Below are positions 30,627 to 40,603 of a DNA stretch of 64,000 bases, in pieces. The translations under genes and the position numbers were made by a program. A model generated the notes under the pieces. That model was not told the DNA's origin, made no database searches, and worked only from the letters and a program-made list of their open reading frames with translations. The stretch's first letter is position 1. Each line of letters begins with the position of its first letter. Origin of the DNA: an uncultured Candidatus Rokubacteria bacterium (GTDB taxonomy: Bacteria > Methylomirabilota > Methylomirabilia > Rokubacteriales > DASRDR01); assembly GCA_963805625.1 (NCBI GenBank), contig CAWDVE010000013.1, forward strand, positions 96,001 through 160,000. The letters run 5' to 3'.

Positions 30627-32306
30627 ATGTCCGCCATGAGCCCATCAAGCCCATCTCACGACGGCGCCTGGCGTTCCGCTTCCTCGCTCACCCGGTATCC
30701 CGAGGCGTTCGGCGTTCGAGGCATGGTGGCCTCCGCCCACCCCCGTGCGGCCATGATCGGGACCGCGGTCCTCGAGCGCGGGGGCAATGCCTTCGACGCG
30801 GCGATCGCCGTTGCGGCGGCGGAGGGCGTGCTGCTCCCCATGATGTGCGGCCTCGGCGGCGACGGGTTCGCCGTCATCTACGACGCCCGCCGGCGGGAGG
30901 TACTCGGGCTCAATGGAAGCGGCGTCGCCGCGTCGGGCGCGACCAGAGAGTACTACGCGTCGCAGGGCCGCCGGCTGATGCCGCTCGAGGGCGTCCACTC
31001 GGTCGCCGTCCCGGGCGCCGTCGCCTTCTACGAGGCGATCTGGAAGCGCTGGGGCACCCTTCCATGGGCGGAGCTCTGGGCCCCGGCGATCAAGCTCGCC
31101 CAGGACGGCGTCGCCATGACGGCGTGGGTGAGCCGGTGGATCGGCGAGCGGGCCGACGTCCTCCGCCGCTTCCCCGACTCGGCCCGGCAGTTCCTGCCGG
31201 GCGGGCGGCCGCCCGCCCCGGGAGAGCCCTGGGCGGCGCCCGATCTGGCGCGGAGCCTTCGTGCGGTGGCCACCGATGGCGCCGAGACCTTCTACCGGGG
31301 GGAGCTCGCCGAGCGGCTCCTCGCCTTCCTCCGGCGGGAGGGCGCGCTTTTCGACCGGGGCGACTTCGCGCGTCAGCTCGGCGAGACCTTCGTCCATCCG
31401 GCGATCCTCACGGACTACCGGGGCTTCCAGGTGTACGAGACCGCTCCGGTCTCCCAGGGATTCCTCGTCCTCTCGCAGCTGAACGTCCTGGAAGGGTTCG
31501 ATCTCGGGAGCCTCCCGCTGGTCGGCACGGACCGGATCCACCTCACGGTGGAGGCGAAGAAGCTCGCCTTCGAGGACCGGAATCGCCACGCGGGCGATCC
31601 CGCGTTCGTCACGTGGCCGCTCGCCGAGCTGATCGGGAAGGCGCACGCGGCGCGGCGCCGGGCCGAGATCGACCTGGCCCGGGCGCGCCTGCCCGAGGCG
31701 ACGCTCGTCCCCGAGCACGCGGCCGACACCAGCTACTTCGCCGTCGTCGACGTGGACGGCAACGCGGTCTCCTTCATCCACAGCCTGTCGGCGGCGTTCG
31801 GCTCGGGTGTCGTGGCCGGAGACACGGGGATCACGCTGAACAACCGGACCGGCCGCGGGTTCACGCTGGACGAGGGTCACCCGAACGTCATCGCCCCCGG
31901 CAAGCGGACCATGCACACGCTGAACGCCTATCTCGTCTGCCAGGGCGGGCAGCCGTGGCTGGTCGGCGGGACGCCCGGCGGCGACCAGCAGACCCAGTGG
32001 AGCACCCAGGTGATCAGCAGCATGATCGACCACGGACTCTCGCCCCAGGAGGCCGTGGAAGTGCCACGCTGGTTCAGCTTCCCCGGGACCGACCCCGCGA
32101 ACCTCGGGCTCCCGGCGGTGGTGCGGGTCGAGGAGCGCGTCCCCGAGGCGACCCGGCGCGAGCTCGCGGCGCGGGGGCACGTCGTCGAGACGCTCGGCGC
32201 CTGGGCGGGCGGTGGCGCCGTCCAGCTGATCCAGGTCGACCCCGCGCGCGGCGTCCTCCGCGGGGGAAGCGACCCGCGCCCGGGCGGCGTCGCGCTCGGC
32301 CTCTAG
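30627..32306 (+). CDS. ggt: Gamma-glutamyltransferase family protein
   Basis: GGNAFDAA, GLGGDGF, nucleophile Thr in DTSYF, PGKR, GTPGG and GSDPR motifs. Confidence 0.93.
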   Translation: MSAMSPSSPSHDGAWRSASSLTRYPEAFGVRGMVASAHPRAAMIGTAVLERGGNAFDAAIAVAAAEGVLLPMMCGLGGDGFAVIYDARRREVLGLNGSGVAASGATREYYASQGRRLMPLEGVHSVAVPGAVAFYEAIWKRWGTLPWAELWAPAIKLAQDGVAMTAWVSRWIGERADVLRRFPDSARQFLPGGRPPAPGEPWAAPDLARSLRAVATDGAETFYRGELAERLLAFLRREGALFDRGDFARQLGETFVHPAILTDYRGFQVYETAPVSQGFLVLSQLNVLEGFDLGSLPLVGTDRIHLTVEAKKLAFEDRNRHAGDPAFVTWPLAELIGKAHAARRRAEIDLARARLPEATLVPEHAADTSYFAVVDVDGNAVSFIHSLSAAFGSGVVAGDTGITLNNRTGRGFTLDEGHPNVIAPGKRTMHTLNAYLVCQGGQPWLVGGTPGGDQQTQWSTQVISSMIDHGLSPQEAVEVPRWFSFPGTDPANLGLPAVVRVEERVPEATRRELAARGHVVETLGAWAGGGAVQLIQVDPARGVLRGGSDPRPGGVALGL

Positions 32307-32372
32307 CCCCGCCTCCAGCGGGTGCTCCGAACGCACGCGGCCAATGGCGGACCAGGCGAGGACCCGGTCCGC

Positions 32373-33677
32373 GTGACGACCCGAGATCCGTCCCTCCGGC
32401 GCCTGCCGGTCTTCTACGGATGGGTCCTGGTCGCGACGGCCTTCGTCACGATGGGCGTCGTGGTGAACGCGCGCACGGCGTTCTCGCTGTTCTTCCCGTC
32501 GATCCTGGACGAGTTCGGCTGGTCACGGGCGCTCACCGCGGCCACGTTCACCACCGGGCTCCTCGCGTCGAACCTCTTTACGCCTTTCCTCGGTGTCCTC
32601 ATGGACCGTTTGGGGCCGCGCGTTGTGTTTCCGGTGGGGCTCGGGCTCATGAGCCTCGGGCTCGCGCTCGCGACAGCCACCCGCGAGCCCTGGCACCTCC
32701 ACCTCACCCTCGGGGTGCTGGTCGCGGGGGCCAGCGTCTTCGTGAGCTACATGGGGCACTCGCTCCTCCTGCCGAACTGGTTCATCCGTCAGCGAGGTCT
32801 CGCGCTCGGCGTCGCCTTCTCCGGCGTGGGGGTGGGCTCGTTCCTGCTCCTGCCGTGGATCCAGGGGCTCATGGCGCGCGTGGGCTGGCGGGGCGCCTGC
32901 TGGGTGCTCGCCGCGCTCGCCGCGCTGGTCGTCCTGCCGCTGAACGCCCTTCTTCCCCGGCGGCGCCCGGAGGAGCTGGGTCTCCGCCCCGACGGGGACG
33001 ACGCGCCGGGCGGAGCCGCCCGCCCGGCCTCCATCCATGTCGTCGACCCGGCTTGGGCCGCCACAGAGTGGACGCTCGCGCGGGCCCTGCGGACGAGCCG
33101 CTTCTGGTGGCTCTTCCTCGGCTACTTCACCGGACTCTTCACCTGGTACGCCGTCCAGATTCATCAGACGAAGTACCTCCTCGAGCTCGGGTTCTCGGGC
33201 GAGTTGGCCGCGTACGCCCTCGGCCTCGTCGGCCTGACCGGAATCGTCGGCCAGATCGCCTGGGGGCACTTCTCGGACCGCATCGGCCGCGAGTGGGCGT
33301 GGACGGCGAGCGGAGTGGGGTTCGCGGTCTGCTACCTGGCGCTCCTCGCGCTCCCGGGGCACCCGGCGCGATGGCTCGTCTACGTGATGGTCGCCGCGCA
33401 GGGGCTCCTCGGGTACGGGCTCGCGTCGGTCTTCGGCGCGATCCCGATGGAGCTCTTCCAGGGCGCGCGCTACAGCTCGATCTTCGCCGTGCTCAACATC
33501 GCCTCGAACGCGGGCGCCGGAATGGGACCCTGGGTCACGGGCTTGCTCTACGACCGCACCGGAAGCTACGCGCCGGCGTTCTGGCTCGCCATCGCCTGCA
33601 GCGCGGTGTCGGTCGTCGCCGTCTGGCTCGCCGCGCCCGGCAAAGTACGGCTCGTCGCCGGGCGCGTGCCCCGATGA
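32373..33677 (+). CDS. MFS transporter
   Basis: FYGW, GVLMDRLGPR and SDRIGRE motifs. Start is approximate. Confidence 0.9.
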   Translation: MTTRDPSLRRLPVFYGWVLVATAFVTMGVVVNARTAFSLFFPSILDEFGWSRALTAATFTTGLLASNLFTPFLGVLMDRLGPRVVFPVGLGLMSLGLALATATREPWHLHLTLGVLVAGASVFVSYMGHSLLLPNWFIRQRGLALGVAFSGVGVGSFLLLPWIQGLMARVGWRGACWVLAALAALVVLPLNALLPRRRPEELGLRPDGDDAPGGAARPASIHVVDPAWAATEWTLARALRTSRFWWLFLGYFTGLFTWYAVQIHQTKYLLELGFSGELAAYALGLVGLTGIVGQIAWGHFSDRIGREWAWTASGVGFAVCYLALLALPGHPARWLVYVMVAAQGLLGYGLASVFGAIPMELFQGARYSSIFAVLNIASNAGAGMGPWVTGLLYDRTGSYAPAFWLAIACSAVSVVAVWLAAPGKVRLVAGRVPR

Positions 33678-33690
33678 GAAGGAGCGGATC

Positions 33691-34248
33691 ATGACGGACC
33701 CCGCAACGCTTCTCGGCGAGGCGCGGCGCGAGCTCGCGCGCTTCCCGGCCCTTCTCGACGCGGTGGTCGCCGGACTCACGCTCGAGCGCTGGCGGGCGCG
33801 GCCGGCGCTGGACGAGTGGGCGCCCGTCGAGATCGTCTGCCACCTCCGGGACGAGGAGGCCGAGGATTTCGGAGCCCGGGTCCGCGTCATCCTCGAGGGG
33901 GGCGCGCGGTTCGCCCCCATCGATCCGGAGGGCTGGGCGACGGCGAGACGCTACCACGAGGCGGAGCCGGCGGCCGCGCTGGCCGCCTTCCGGGAGCACC
34001 GGGCGGCGAGCCTCGCCATCCTGGCCGCCGCGACGCCGGAGCGCTTCGCGGCATCCGGCGAGAGCCCGTCGGGCCTCCGGCTCTCGGGACTCGATCTCCT
34101 CGCCGCCTGGGTCGCGCACGACGGGCTGCACCTTCGACAGCTGGCGGGCACGCTGACGCGAGAGTGGGCGGACCGCTGGGCGCCGCTCCGAGCGGACTAC
34201 GCCGGCCCGATCCCCTACCCGCCCGACGGGGCACGAACCGACGCCTAG
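33691..34248 (+). CDS. DinB family protein
   Basis: EWAPVEIVCHL.D and WVAHDGLHLRQ motifs. Confidence 0.88.
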   Translation: MTDPATLLGEARRELARFPALLDAVVAGLTLERWRARPALDEWAPVEIVCHLRDEEAEDFGARVRVILEGGARFAPIDPEGWATARRYHEAEPAAALAAFREHRAASLAILAAATPERFAASGESPSGLRLSGLDLLAAWVAHDGLHLRQLAGTLTREWADRWAPLRADYAGPIPYPPDGARTDA

Positions 34249-34396
34249 CCGGTCTCGCTCCTGTCGCCGCCGTAGACGTCGTCCGGGGGACGGGCCTTGG
34301 CAGCATCAGCCACCCTGCTAGACTGGCCGTCTGATCGGCGCCGCGCCGCCCGCCCGGCGCCATGCATGATGTGACGCCCGACAAGGAGGATCCGCG

Positions 34397-35068
34397 ATGG
34401 GTCAGATGCTGACGCTCAGCGCCGAGGACGGACACCAGCTCGCCGCCTACCGGGCCACGCCGGCCGGCACCCCGCGAGGTGGCCTGGTCGTCGTGCAGGA
34501 GATCTTCGGCGTCAATTCGCACATCAAGAAGATCTCGGACGGATGGGCCGCCGACGGCTACGTGGCGCTCGCACCCGCGCTGTTCGACCGCGTCAAGCGT
34601 GGCGTCGACATCGGCTATGGCCCGGAGGACATCCAGCAGGGCCGGGAGCTTCGCGGCAAGATCTCGACCGACGACAGCGTGCGCGACGTGCGCGCCGCCG
34701 TCCGCGAGCTTGCGCGTGCCGGTCTCCGGGTCGGCGTCGTCGGGTACTGCTGGGGCGGGACCTTGGCCTGGCTCGCCTCCACGCGCATCGAGGGCCTGTC
34801 GGCCACGGTGGGCTACTACGGCGGCGGCATCGCCGAGACCGCCGAGGAGTCGCCCCGGTGCCCGGTGATGCTCCACTTCGGAGAGACCGACACGGGGATC
34901 CCGAAGGAGCACTACGAGAAGGTGCGGCGCATCCACCCGACTCTCCCCGTCCACGTCTATCCCGCCGGTCACGGCTTCAGCTGCGACGCGCGCGGGAGCT
35001 ACCACGAGCCAAGCGCCCGTCTGGCGCGGGAGCGGACGCTCGCCTTCTTCCGTCAGCATGTCGGCTAG
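34397..35068 (+). CDS. Dienelactone hydrolase (carboxymethylenebutenolidase)
   Basis: QEIFGVN, GYCWGG, GETD and AGHGF motifs. Confidence 0.93.
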   Translation: MGQMLTLSAEDGHQLAAYRATPAGTPRGGLVVVQEIFGVNSHIKKISDGWAADGYVALAPALFDRVKRGVDIGYGPEDIQQGRELRGKISTDDSVRDVRAAVRELARAGLRVGVVGYCWGGTLAWLASTRIEGLSATVGYYGGGIAETAEESPRCPVMLHFGETDTGIPKEHYEKVRRIHPTLPVHVYPAGHGFSCDARGSYHEPSARLARERTLAFFRQHVG

Positions 35069-35180
35069 GGAGGCCGCAGCTAGGCCCGAGGTCACCGTTG
35101 TAAGCTGAGGCGTCAGGCAACGTGCCTGCGTGGTCCGCGGGGACCCGTCCCGTCGGTCCGGGACTTCTCCACAAGCCCGC

Positions 35181-35217
35181 TTGACCGGCCGTGGCTCCGT
35201 GGTTACATTGTGATCAC
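35181..35217 (+). promoter_or_regulatory. Sigma70-type promoter and palindromic operator of the TA operon
   Basis: TTGACC-N17-TACATT followed by the palindrome GTGATCAC. Confidence 0.65.
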
Positions 35218-35247
35218 GCCGTTACGGAGTTGGGAGGAGCACACGCC

Positions 35248-35499
35248 ATGAAGGCACGGTTGGTCCGGATCGGAAATTCCCGAGGAGTGCGCCTTCCCAA
35301 GCCCGTCATCGAGGAGGCGGGTCTGTCCGACGAAGTCGAGTTGCGCGTGCGCGATGGGGCCGTCGTCATCACGGGGGCGAGCCCTCCCCGGTCGGGCTGG
35401 GCTGAAGCCGCGCGCCGGATGCACACACGCGGCGACGATCAGCTTCTCGATGAGCCCACTCCCACTCGCTTCGATGACGAGGCGTGGCGGTGGCGGTAG
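35248..35499 (+). CDS. AbrB/MazE family antitoxin
   Basis: MKARLVRIGNSRGVRLPK N-terminus, GGAGGAG RBS, overlaps the toxin gene. Confidence 0.92.
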   Translation: MKARLVRIGNSRGVRLPKPVIEEAGLSDEVELRVRDGAVVITGASPPRSGWAEAARRMHTRGDDQLLDEPTPTRFDDEAWRWR

Positions 35500-35825
35500 G
35501 GGCGGAAGTCACCCGAGGCGATGTGTTCCTGGTCGATCTCCGTCCCACTCGCGGGCACGAGATACGCCAGGCCAGGCCGTGTGTCATTGTGTCTCCTGAT
35601 GAGCTGAACGCACACCTCCGGACGTTCATCGTCGCCCCGCTCACCACAGGCGGGCACGGCTATCCGTTCCGGGTCGAGTGTCGGTTTCAGGGGAAGTCTG
35701 GACACGTGGTCATCGACCAGATCCGCACGGTGGATCGGGAGAGGCTGGTCAGACGCTTGGGGCGGCTGGCTCCCGCACCACTCGGCCAGGCGCTGGCCGT
35801 CTTGCAGGAGATGTTCGCTCCATAG
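35490..35825 (+). CDS. PemK/MazF family toxin
   Basis: RGDVFLVDL.PTRGHEI..ARPCVIVS, IVAPLTT and DQIRTVDRERL motifs. Confidence 0.93.
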   Translation: MAVGAEVTRGDVFLVDLRPTRGHEIRQARPCVIVSPDELNAHLRTFIVAPLTTGGHGYPFRVECRFQGKSGHVVIDQIRTVDRERLVRRLGRLAPAPLGQALAVLQEMFAP

Positions 35826-35998
35826 GTGTGATGACCCTGCGCGAATGGGGGTCCATGGCGGGGTCGGACACGACCTCGACCCGCCGATCTGGCGTCGGGA
35901 TCGGTTACGCGGTAGGGTCGGGGCGGGGTGCACGGTCGGAACCGGGCCTTCGTCGTCCCTCGGAATGTCGCGGCGGCTCTTGGACGGAGGAAAACACC

Positions 35999-36970
35999 AT
36001 GACGCGCGTGGTCCCCGTGCTCCTCCTCGCTCTCCTCGCCGCACCGCTCGCCGCAGAGGGGCAGCCGGCGGGAAAGGTGCACCGCGTCGGGATACTGTCG
36101 CCGACCCGCGCCTACGCCGGTCGTGTCGAGGCGATCCGCCAAGGGCTCCACGAACTGGGCTACATCGAGGGCCGCAACATCGTGATCGAATACCGCGCCG
36201 CGAGCACGGAGGCCGAGATCGTCACGCTCGCTGTTGATCTGGCGCGATTGCACGTCGATCTCATTGTGACCGGGGGTTCTGCCTCCATCCGCCCTGCGAT
36301 GCAGGCGAGCCAGACGATACCGATCGTGATGGTGGCGGACAACGCCGATCCGGTTGTGGCCGGGTATGTAGTCAGCTACGCACGCCCGGGTGGGAACGTC
36401 ACGGGGTTGACGGGGCTCTCTCCCGACGTCACCGCCAAGCGGCTGGAGCTCTTGAGGGAAACCGTGCCCGGCATGTCACGTGTCGCCGTTCTCCGCAATC
36501 CACTCAGTCCCGATAGGGAGACCCTCTGGAACGAGACGATGGACGCAGCCCGACGACTGGGGCTGACCCTACAGCTGCTGGACCTGACCGACGCCGCTCG
36601 ACTGGAGAGCCTCTTCGAGGCGGCTGCCCGGGAACGCGCTCAAGGCTTGATCGTGATTCGCGATCCGCTGACGAACACGTTGCGACCAAGGATCGTCGCG
36701 CTCGCCTCGCAGCATCGGCTTCCCGCCATGTATGCGACCCGGGAAGCTGTGGAGGCAGGGGGCTTGATGGTCTACGGCGCCAATGTTTTCGCCCTGTATC
36801 GACGGACGGCGGTCTACGTCGACAAAATCCTGAAGGGCGCGAAGCCAGCCGACCTTCCGGTCGAACGCGCCGAGCGGCTTGAGCTCGTGATCAACCTGAA
36901 GGCGGCAAGGGCCATCGGCCTCACGATCCCGCAATCGGTGCTGACGCGGGCAGACGAGGTCATTCAGTAA
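35999..36970 (+). CDS. ABC_sub_bind-type substrate-binding protein (orphan)
   Basis: LGYIEGRNIVIEYR, ARPGGNVTG, YVDKILKGAKPADLPVE and LVINLKAA motifs. Confidence 0.9.
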   Translation: MTRVVPVLLLALLAAPLAAEGQPAGKVHRVGILSPTRAYAGRVEAIRQGLHELGYIEGRNIVIEYRAASTEAEIVTLAVDLARLHVDLIVTGGSASIRPAMQASQTIPIVMVADNADPVVAGYVVSYARPGGNVTGLTGLSPDVTAKRLELLRETVPGMSRVAVLRNPLSPDRETLWNETMDAARRLGLTLQLLDLTDAARLESLFEAAARERAQGLIVIRDPLTNTLRPRIVALASQHRLPAMYATREAVEAGGLMVYGANVFALYRRTAVYVDKILKGAKPADLPVERAERLELVINLKAARAIGLTIPQSVLTRADEVIQ

Positions 36971-37127
36971 CCACTATGGCTAGGCGTACGACGCGCCGAT
37001 CGGGCCCTGGATGACCCTGCTGGACATCCCCTGCCGGTAAGCAACCGACGATCTCCAAGGCCCTCGCAATCACGGAAGCACTGAGGCGGGAGCGCGAACA
37101 CTCGCGCACCCTACCCGTCGCCCGCAC

Positions 37128-38060
37128 GTGATCGGCTACCTCGGGCAGCGGCTACTGTGGGCGTTCGCTGTCCTCGTTTCCATCTCCCTCGCCGTCTTCC
37201 TGGTCGTGCACCTCTCCGGGGATCCTACGGCGCTCTACCTGGGACCGGAGGGCACGAAGGCCGACTACGACATCATGCGAGCCGCCCTCGGGTTCGACCG
37301 CCCGCTGCCGGAGCAGTACGGCCACTTCCTGGCGCGGGCCCTCCAGGGCGATTTCGGGCGCTCCCTCCGGCACCGCCAGCCCACGCTGCCGCTGGTCCTC
37401 GAGCGGTTCCCGGCGACGGCCACGCTGGCGGTCGCCGCCATCGTGCTGGCGGTGCTCATCTCGCTCCCGCTCGGCATCCTGGCCGCGGTGCGGCGGGGCT
37501 CGCTTCTCGACTCCGGAGCGATGGCGCTGGCGCTCGCGGGCCAGTGCATGCCCACGTTCTGGCTCGGCATCCTCCTCATCCTCGTCTTCGCGGTGAACCT
37601 GCGCTGGGTGCCCGTCTACGGCGGTGAGAGCGTGCTGACCATCGTCCTGCCCACCGTCACCCTCGGCATCTGGGCCATGGCCCGGACCGCGCGCATCACG
37701 CGGTCGAGCATGCTCGAGGTCCTGAACCAGGACTTCCTCCGGACGGCGCGGGCGAAGGGCATGGGCGAGGGGTCGGTGATCCTGCGGCACGCTCTCCGCA
37801 ACGGCGCGATCCCGATCGTGACGGCCATCGGGCTCGAGCTCGGGAACCTCCTCGGAGGCGCGGTGATCACGGAGGCGGTGTTCGCCTATCCCGGCGTCGG
37901 CCGGCTGGCCGTGGAGGCGGTCGTCAACAAGGACGTACCGCTGATCCAGGCCGTCGTCCTCACCGTGGCGGGGGTGCTGCTGCTCCTGAACATCGTCATC
38001 GACCTCGTGTACACGGCGCTCGATCCGCGCGTGCGCCTCGGGCACTACCATGCAGCCTGA
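37128..38060 (+). CDS. ABC transporter permease (DppB/NikB-like)
   Basis: SGDP, GDFGRS, QDFLRTARAKG and LDPRVR motifs. Confidence 0.95.
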   Translation: MIGYLGQRLLWAFAVLVSISLAVFLVVHLSGDPTALYLGPEGTKADYDIMRAALGFDRPLPEQYGHFLARALQGDFGRSLRHRQPTLPLVLERFPATATLAVAAIVLAVLISLPLGILAAVRRGSLLDSGAMALALAGQCMPTFWLGILLILVFAVNLRWVPVYGGESVLTIVLPTVTLGIWAMARTARITRSSMLEVLNQDFLRTARAKGMGEGSVILRHALRNGAIPIVTAIGLELGNLLGGAVITEAVFAYPGVGRLAVEAVVNKDVPLIQAVVLTVAGVLLLLNIVIDLVYTALDPRVRLGHYHAA

Positions 38061-38994
38061 CGCGGAAGCCCTCCCGGTAGGCCTCCCGGGCTCTTCCCTG
38101 CGGACATCGCGCCGCGGGTGGCGCCGCACGCGGATCCTCCTCAGATCGGGCGGCGCGCGGATCGGGGCGGCGACTCTCCTCGTGGTGGGGATGTGCGCGG
38201 CGGCGCCCGGCCTGCTCGCTCCCGCCGACCCGAACGAGCAGAACCTCCTGGCGCGCTTCACCCGGCCCGCCACCCGCGCGGCCGACGGCACGCTCGCGGT
38301 CCTCGGGACGGATCAGCTCGGCCGGGATATCCTGAGCCGCGTGGTCCACGGGGCGAAGACCTCGGTCCTGATCGGATTGTCCGCCGTGGTCGTCGCCGGC
38401 GCCGTGGGCACCGGGCTCGGTCTCCTGGCCGGGATGCGGGGAGGTCCCTGGGACCACCTGATCATGCGCCTGGCCGACATGCAGTTCGCCTTCCCGTTCA
38501 TCCTCCTGGCCATCACGGTCATCGGCGTGCTGGGGGCGAGCGTCCGCAACATCATCCTGGTGGTCGGCCTCAGCAACTGGGTGGCCTACGCGCGGGTCGT
38601 GCGCGCCGAGACGCTGGCCGTTCGCGAGAAGGCGTTCGTCGACGCCGCCCGCGCCCTCGGCGTCCCGCTCGGATCGATCGTGTGGCGCCACGTGCTGCCG
38701 AACGTCAGCGCGTCGCTCATCGTCGTGGCGACGTTCGGCGTGGCGGGCGCCATCCTCACCGAGGCCGGCCTCTCCTTCCTCGGGCTCGGCGTGCCCCTCG
38801 CCATCCCCTCCTGGGGCGGCATGCTCGCCGAGGGCCGGCAGTTCGTCGACACGCGCTACTGGCTCGCGCTCTTCCCCGGCGCGGCCCTGTTCGTGACCGT
38901 GATGGGGATCAACCTCCTGGGCGACGCGCTCCGCGACGCCCTCGACCCCTACCTCCAGACCCGTCACACCCGAAGCTCCGTGGACCGCCTGTAG
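38050..38994 (+). CDS. ABC transporter permease (DppC/NikC-like)
   Basis: LGTDQLGRDILSR, FVDAARALG and GDALRDALDP motifs. Confidence 0.95.
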   Translation: MQPDAEALPVGLPGSSLRTSRRGWRRTRILLRSGGARIGAATLLVVGMCAAAPGLLAPADPNEQNLLARFTRPATRAADGTLAVLGTDQLGRDILSRVVHGAKTSVLIGLSAVVVAGAVGTGLGLLAGMRGGPWDHLIMRLADMQFAFPFILLAITVIGVLGASVRNIILVVGLSNWVAYARVVRAETLAVREKAFVDAARALGVPLGSIVWRHVLPNVSASLIVVATFGVAGAILTEAGLSFLGLGVPLAIPSWGGMLAEGRQFVDTRYWLALFPGAALFVTVMGINLLGDALRDALDPYLQTRHTRSSVDRL

Positions 38995-39016
38995 ATCCGA
39001 AAAGAGGAGGCTTCCG

Positions 39017-40597
39017 ATGATGCGACCGGAGACCACCCCACGCCCGGGCCACCGGGCCGCGCGATTTGCCTCGATCCTCGCCCTCATAGCGCTCATCGCC
39101 CTCGCCGGGCTCCTCGCGCCGACTGGGCGCGAGGCCGCCGCCCAGCAGAAGCCCGTCGTCGTCGTGCAGTCGGGCGAGGCCGCGACGCTCGACTGGCACA
39201 TGCACTGCGACAAGAACGCGCACGAGCCGGATCGCCAGATCTTCGACACCCTGCTCCGGCGGAACACCAAGACCCTCCAGCTCGAGGGGAACCTGGCCGA
39301 GTCCTGGCGCCTCGTCAACGACACCACGTGGCAGTTCAAGCTCCGCCGGAACGTGAAGTTCCACAACGGCGAGCCCTTCGACGCCAGCGCCGTCAAGTTC
39401 AGCATCGAGCGGATGCTGAACCCCCAGCAGGCGGCACCCGGCCGGACCAGCATCGCGACGATCGACCGTGTCGAGATCGTCGACCCGCTCACGGTGAACG
39501 TCATCACCAAGGCGCCGTTCCCCCTCCTGCCCGTCCGGATGAGCCCCGGGCACTGCGGCACGGTGGGCATCGTCCCGCCGAAGTACGTCGCGCAGGTCGG
39601 CGACGCCGGCTTCGCCGTCAAGCCGGTCGGCACCGGCCCCTACAAGTTCGTCGAGTGGGTCAAGGACGAGCGCCTCGTGCTGGACGCCAACAAGGACTAC
39701 CACCGGGGAGCCCCGGCGATCGACCGCCTGGTGTTCCGCCCCATACCCGAGCTCACCACGCGCGTGGCCGCGCTCCTCTCCGGCCAGGCGGATCTCGTCA
39801 GCGACATCCCGCCCGACCAGGTCGAGAAGGTGAAGGCGAGCGGGGTCGCCCGCATCGAGGTGTCGACCCTCGGCGGCTTCATCATCATGATGAAGATCAC
39901 GAACTACCTCATGCCGGGCCCCTGGCAGGACGTGCGGGTCCGGAAGGCCATCAACTACGCCATCGACATGGACACGATCATCAAGACCGTGCTCGAGGGC
40001 TACGGGCAGGTGCTCGGCGTGCCGCTCGAGAAGGAAGCCTTTGGATTCAATCCCAACATCAAGTGGTACGGGTACGATCCGGACCGGGCCAGGGCGCTGC
40101 TTCGCGAGGCGGGGCACCCCAACGGCTTCGAGATGACCCTCCACGTGCCGAACCGCCGCTACATGAACGACATCGAGGTCGTCCAGGCGATGGCCCAGAT
40201 GCTCGGCAAGGTGGGCATCAAGGCGAAGGTGGAGGTCGGCGAGCAGAGCGTCTACACGACGAAGTGGCGCCAGAAGCAGCTCCTGCCGGTCTACATGACG
40301 GCGTGGGGCGGCGCCGGCGTGTTCGACGGCGACCTCCTCGTGAACTCGCTCCACTCGAAGTCCGCGCTGTCGATCAACAAGAACGAGGCGCTCGACAAGA
40401 TCCTCGAGGACGCCCAGGGGTCGAACGACCCCGAGAAGCGAAAGGCGCTCTACTGGAAGGCGCAGGAGATGATCTACGAGGAGGCGCCCATCATCAAGGC
40501 ATACCAGCAGGCCCACATCTTCGGCATCAGCAGCCGTCTGGACTGGACGCCCTGGATCGACAACATGCTGTTCCTCTACGACGCCAAGTTGAAGTAG
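39017..40597 (+). CDS. ABC transporter substrate-binding protein, family 5
   Basis: Signal peptide, LAESW, VKFHNGEPF, VGTGPYKF and DVRVRKAINYAID motifs. Confidence 0.95.
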   Translation: MMRPETTPRPGHRAARFASILALIALIALAGLLAPTGREAAAQQKPVVVVQSGEAATLDWHMHCDKNAHEPDRQIFDTLLRRNTKTLQLEGNLAESWRLVNDTTWQFKLRRNVKFHNGEPFDASAVKFSIERMLNPQQAAPGRTSIATIDRVEIVDPLTVNVITKAPFPLLPVRMSPGHCGTVGIVPPKYVAQVGDAGFAVKPVGTGPYKFVEWVKDERLVLDANKDYHRGAPAIDRLVFRPIPELTTRVAALLSGQADLVSDIPPDQVEKVKASGVARIEVSTLGGFIIMMKITNYLMPGPWQDVRVRKAINYAIDMDTIIKTVLEGYGQVLGVPLEKEAFGFNPNIKWYGYDPDRARALLREAGHPNGFEMTLHVPNRRYMNDIEVVQAMAQMLGKVGIKAKVEVGEQSVYTTKWRQKQLLPVYMTAWGGAGVFDGDLLVNSLHSKSALSINKNEALDKILEDAQGSNDPEKRKALYWKAQEMIYEEAPIIKAYQQAHIFGISSRLDWTPWIDNMLFLYDAKLK

Positions 40598-40603
40598 GCG
40601 CCA

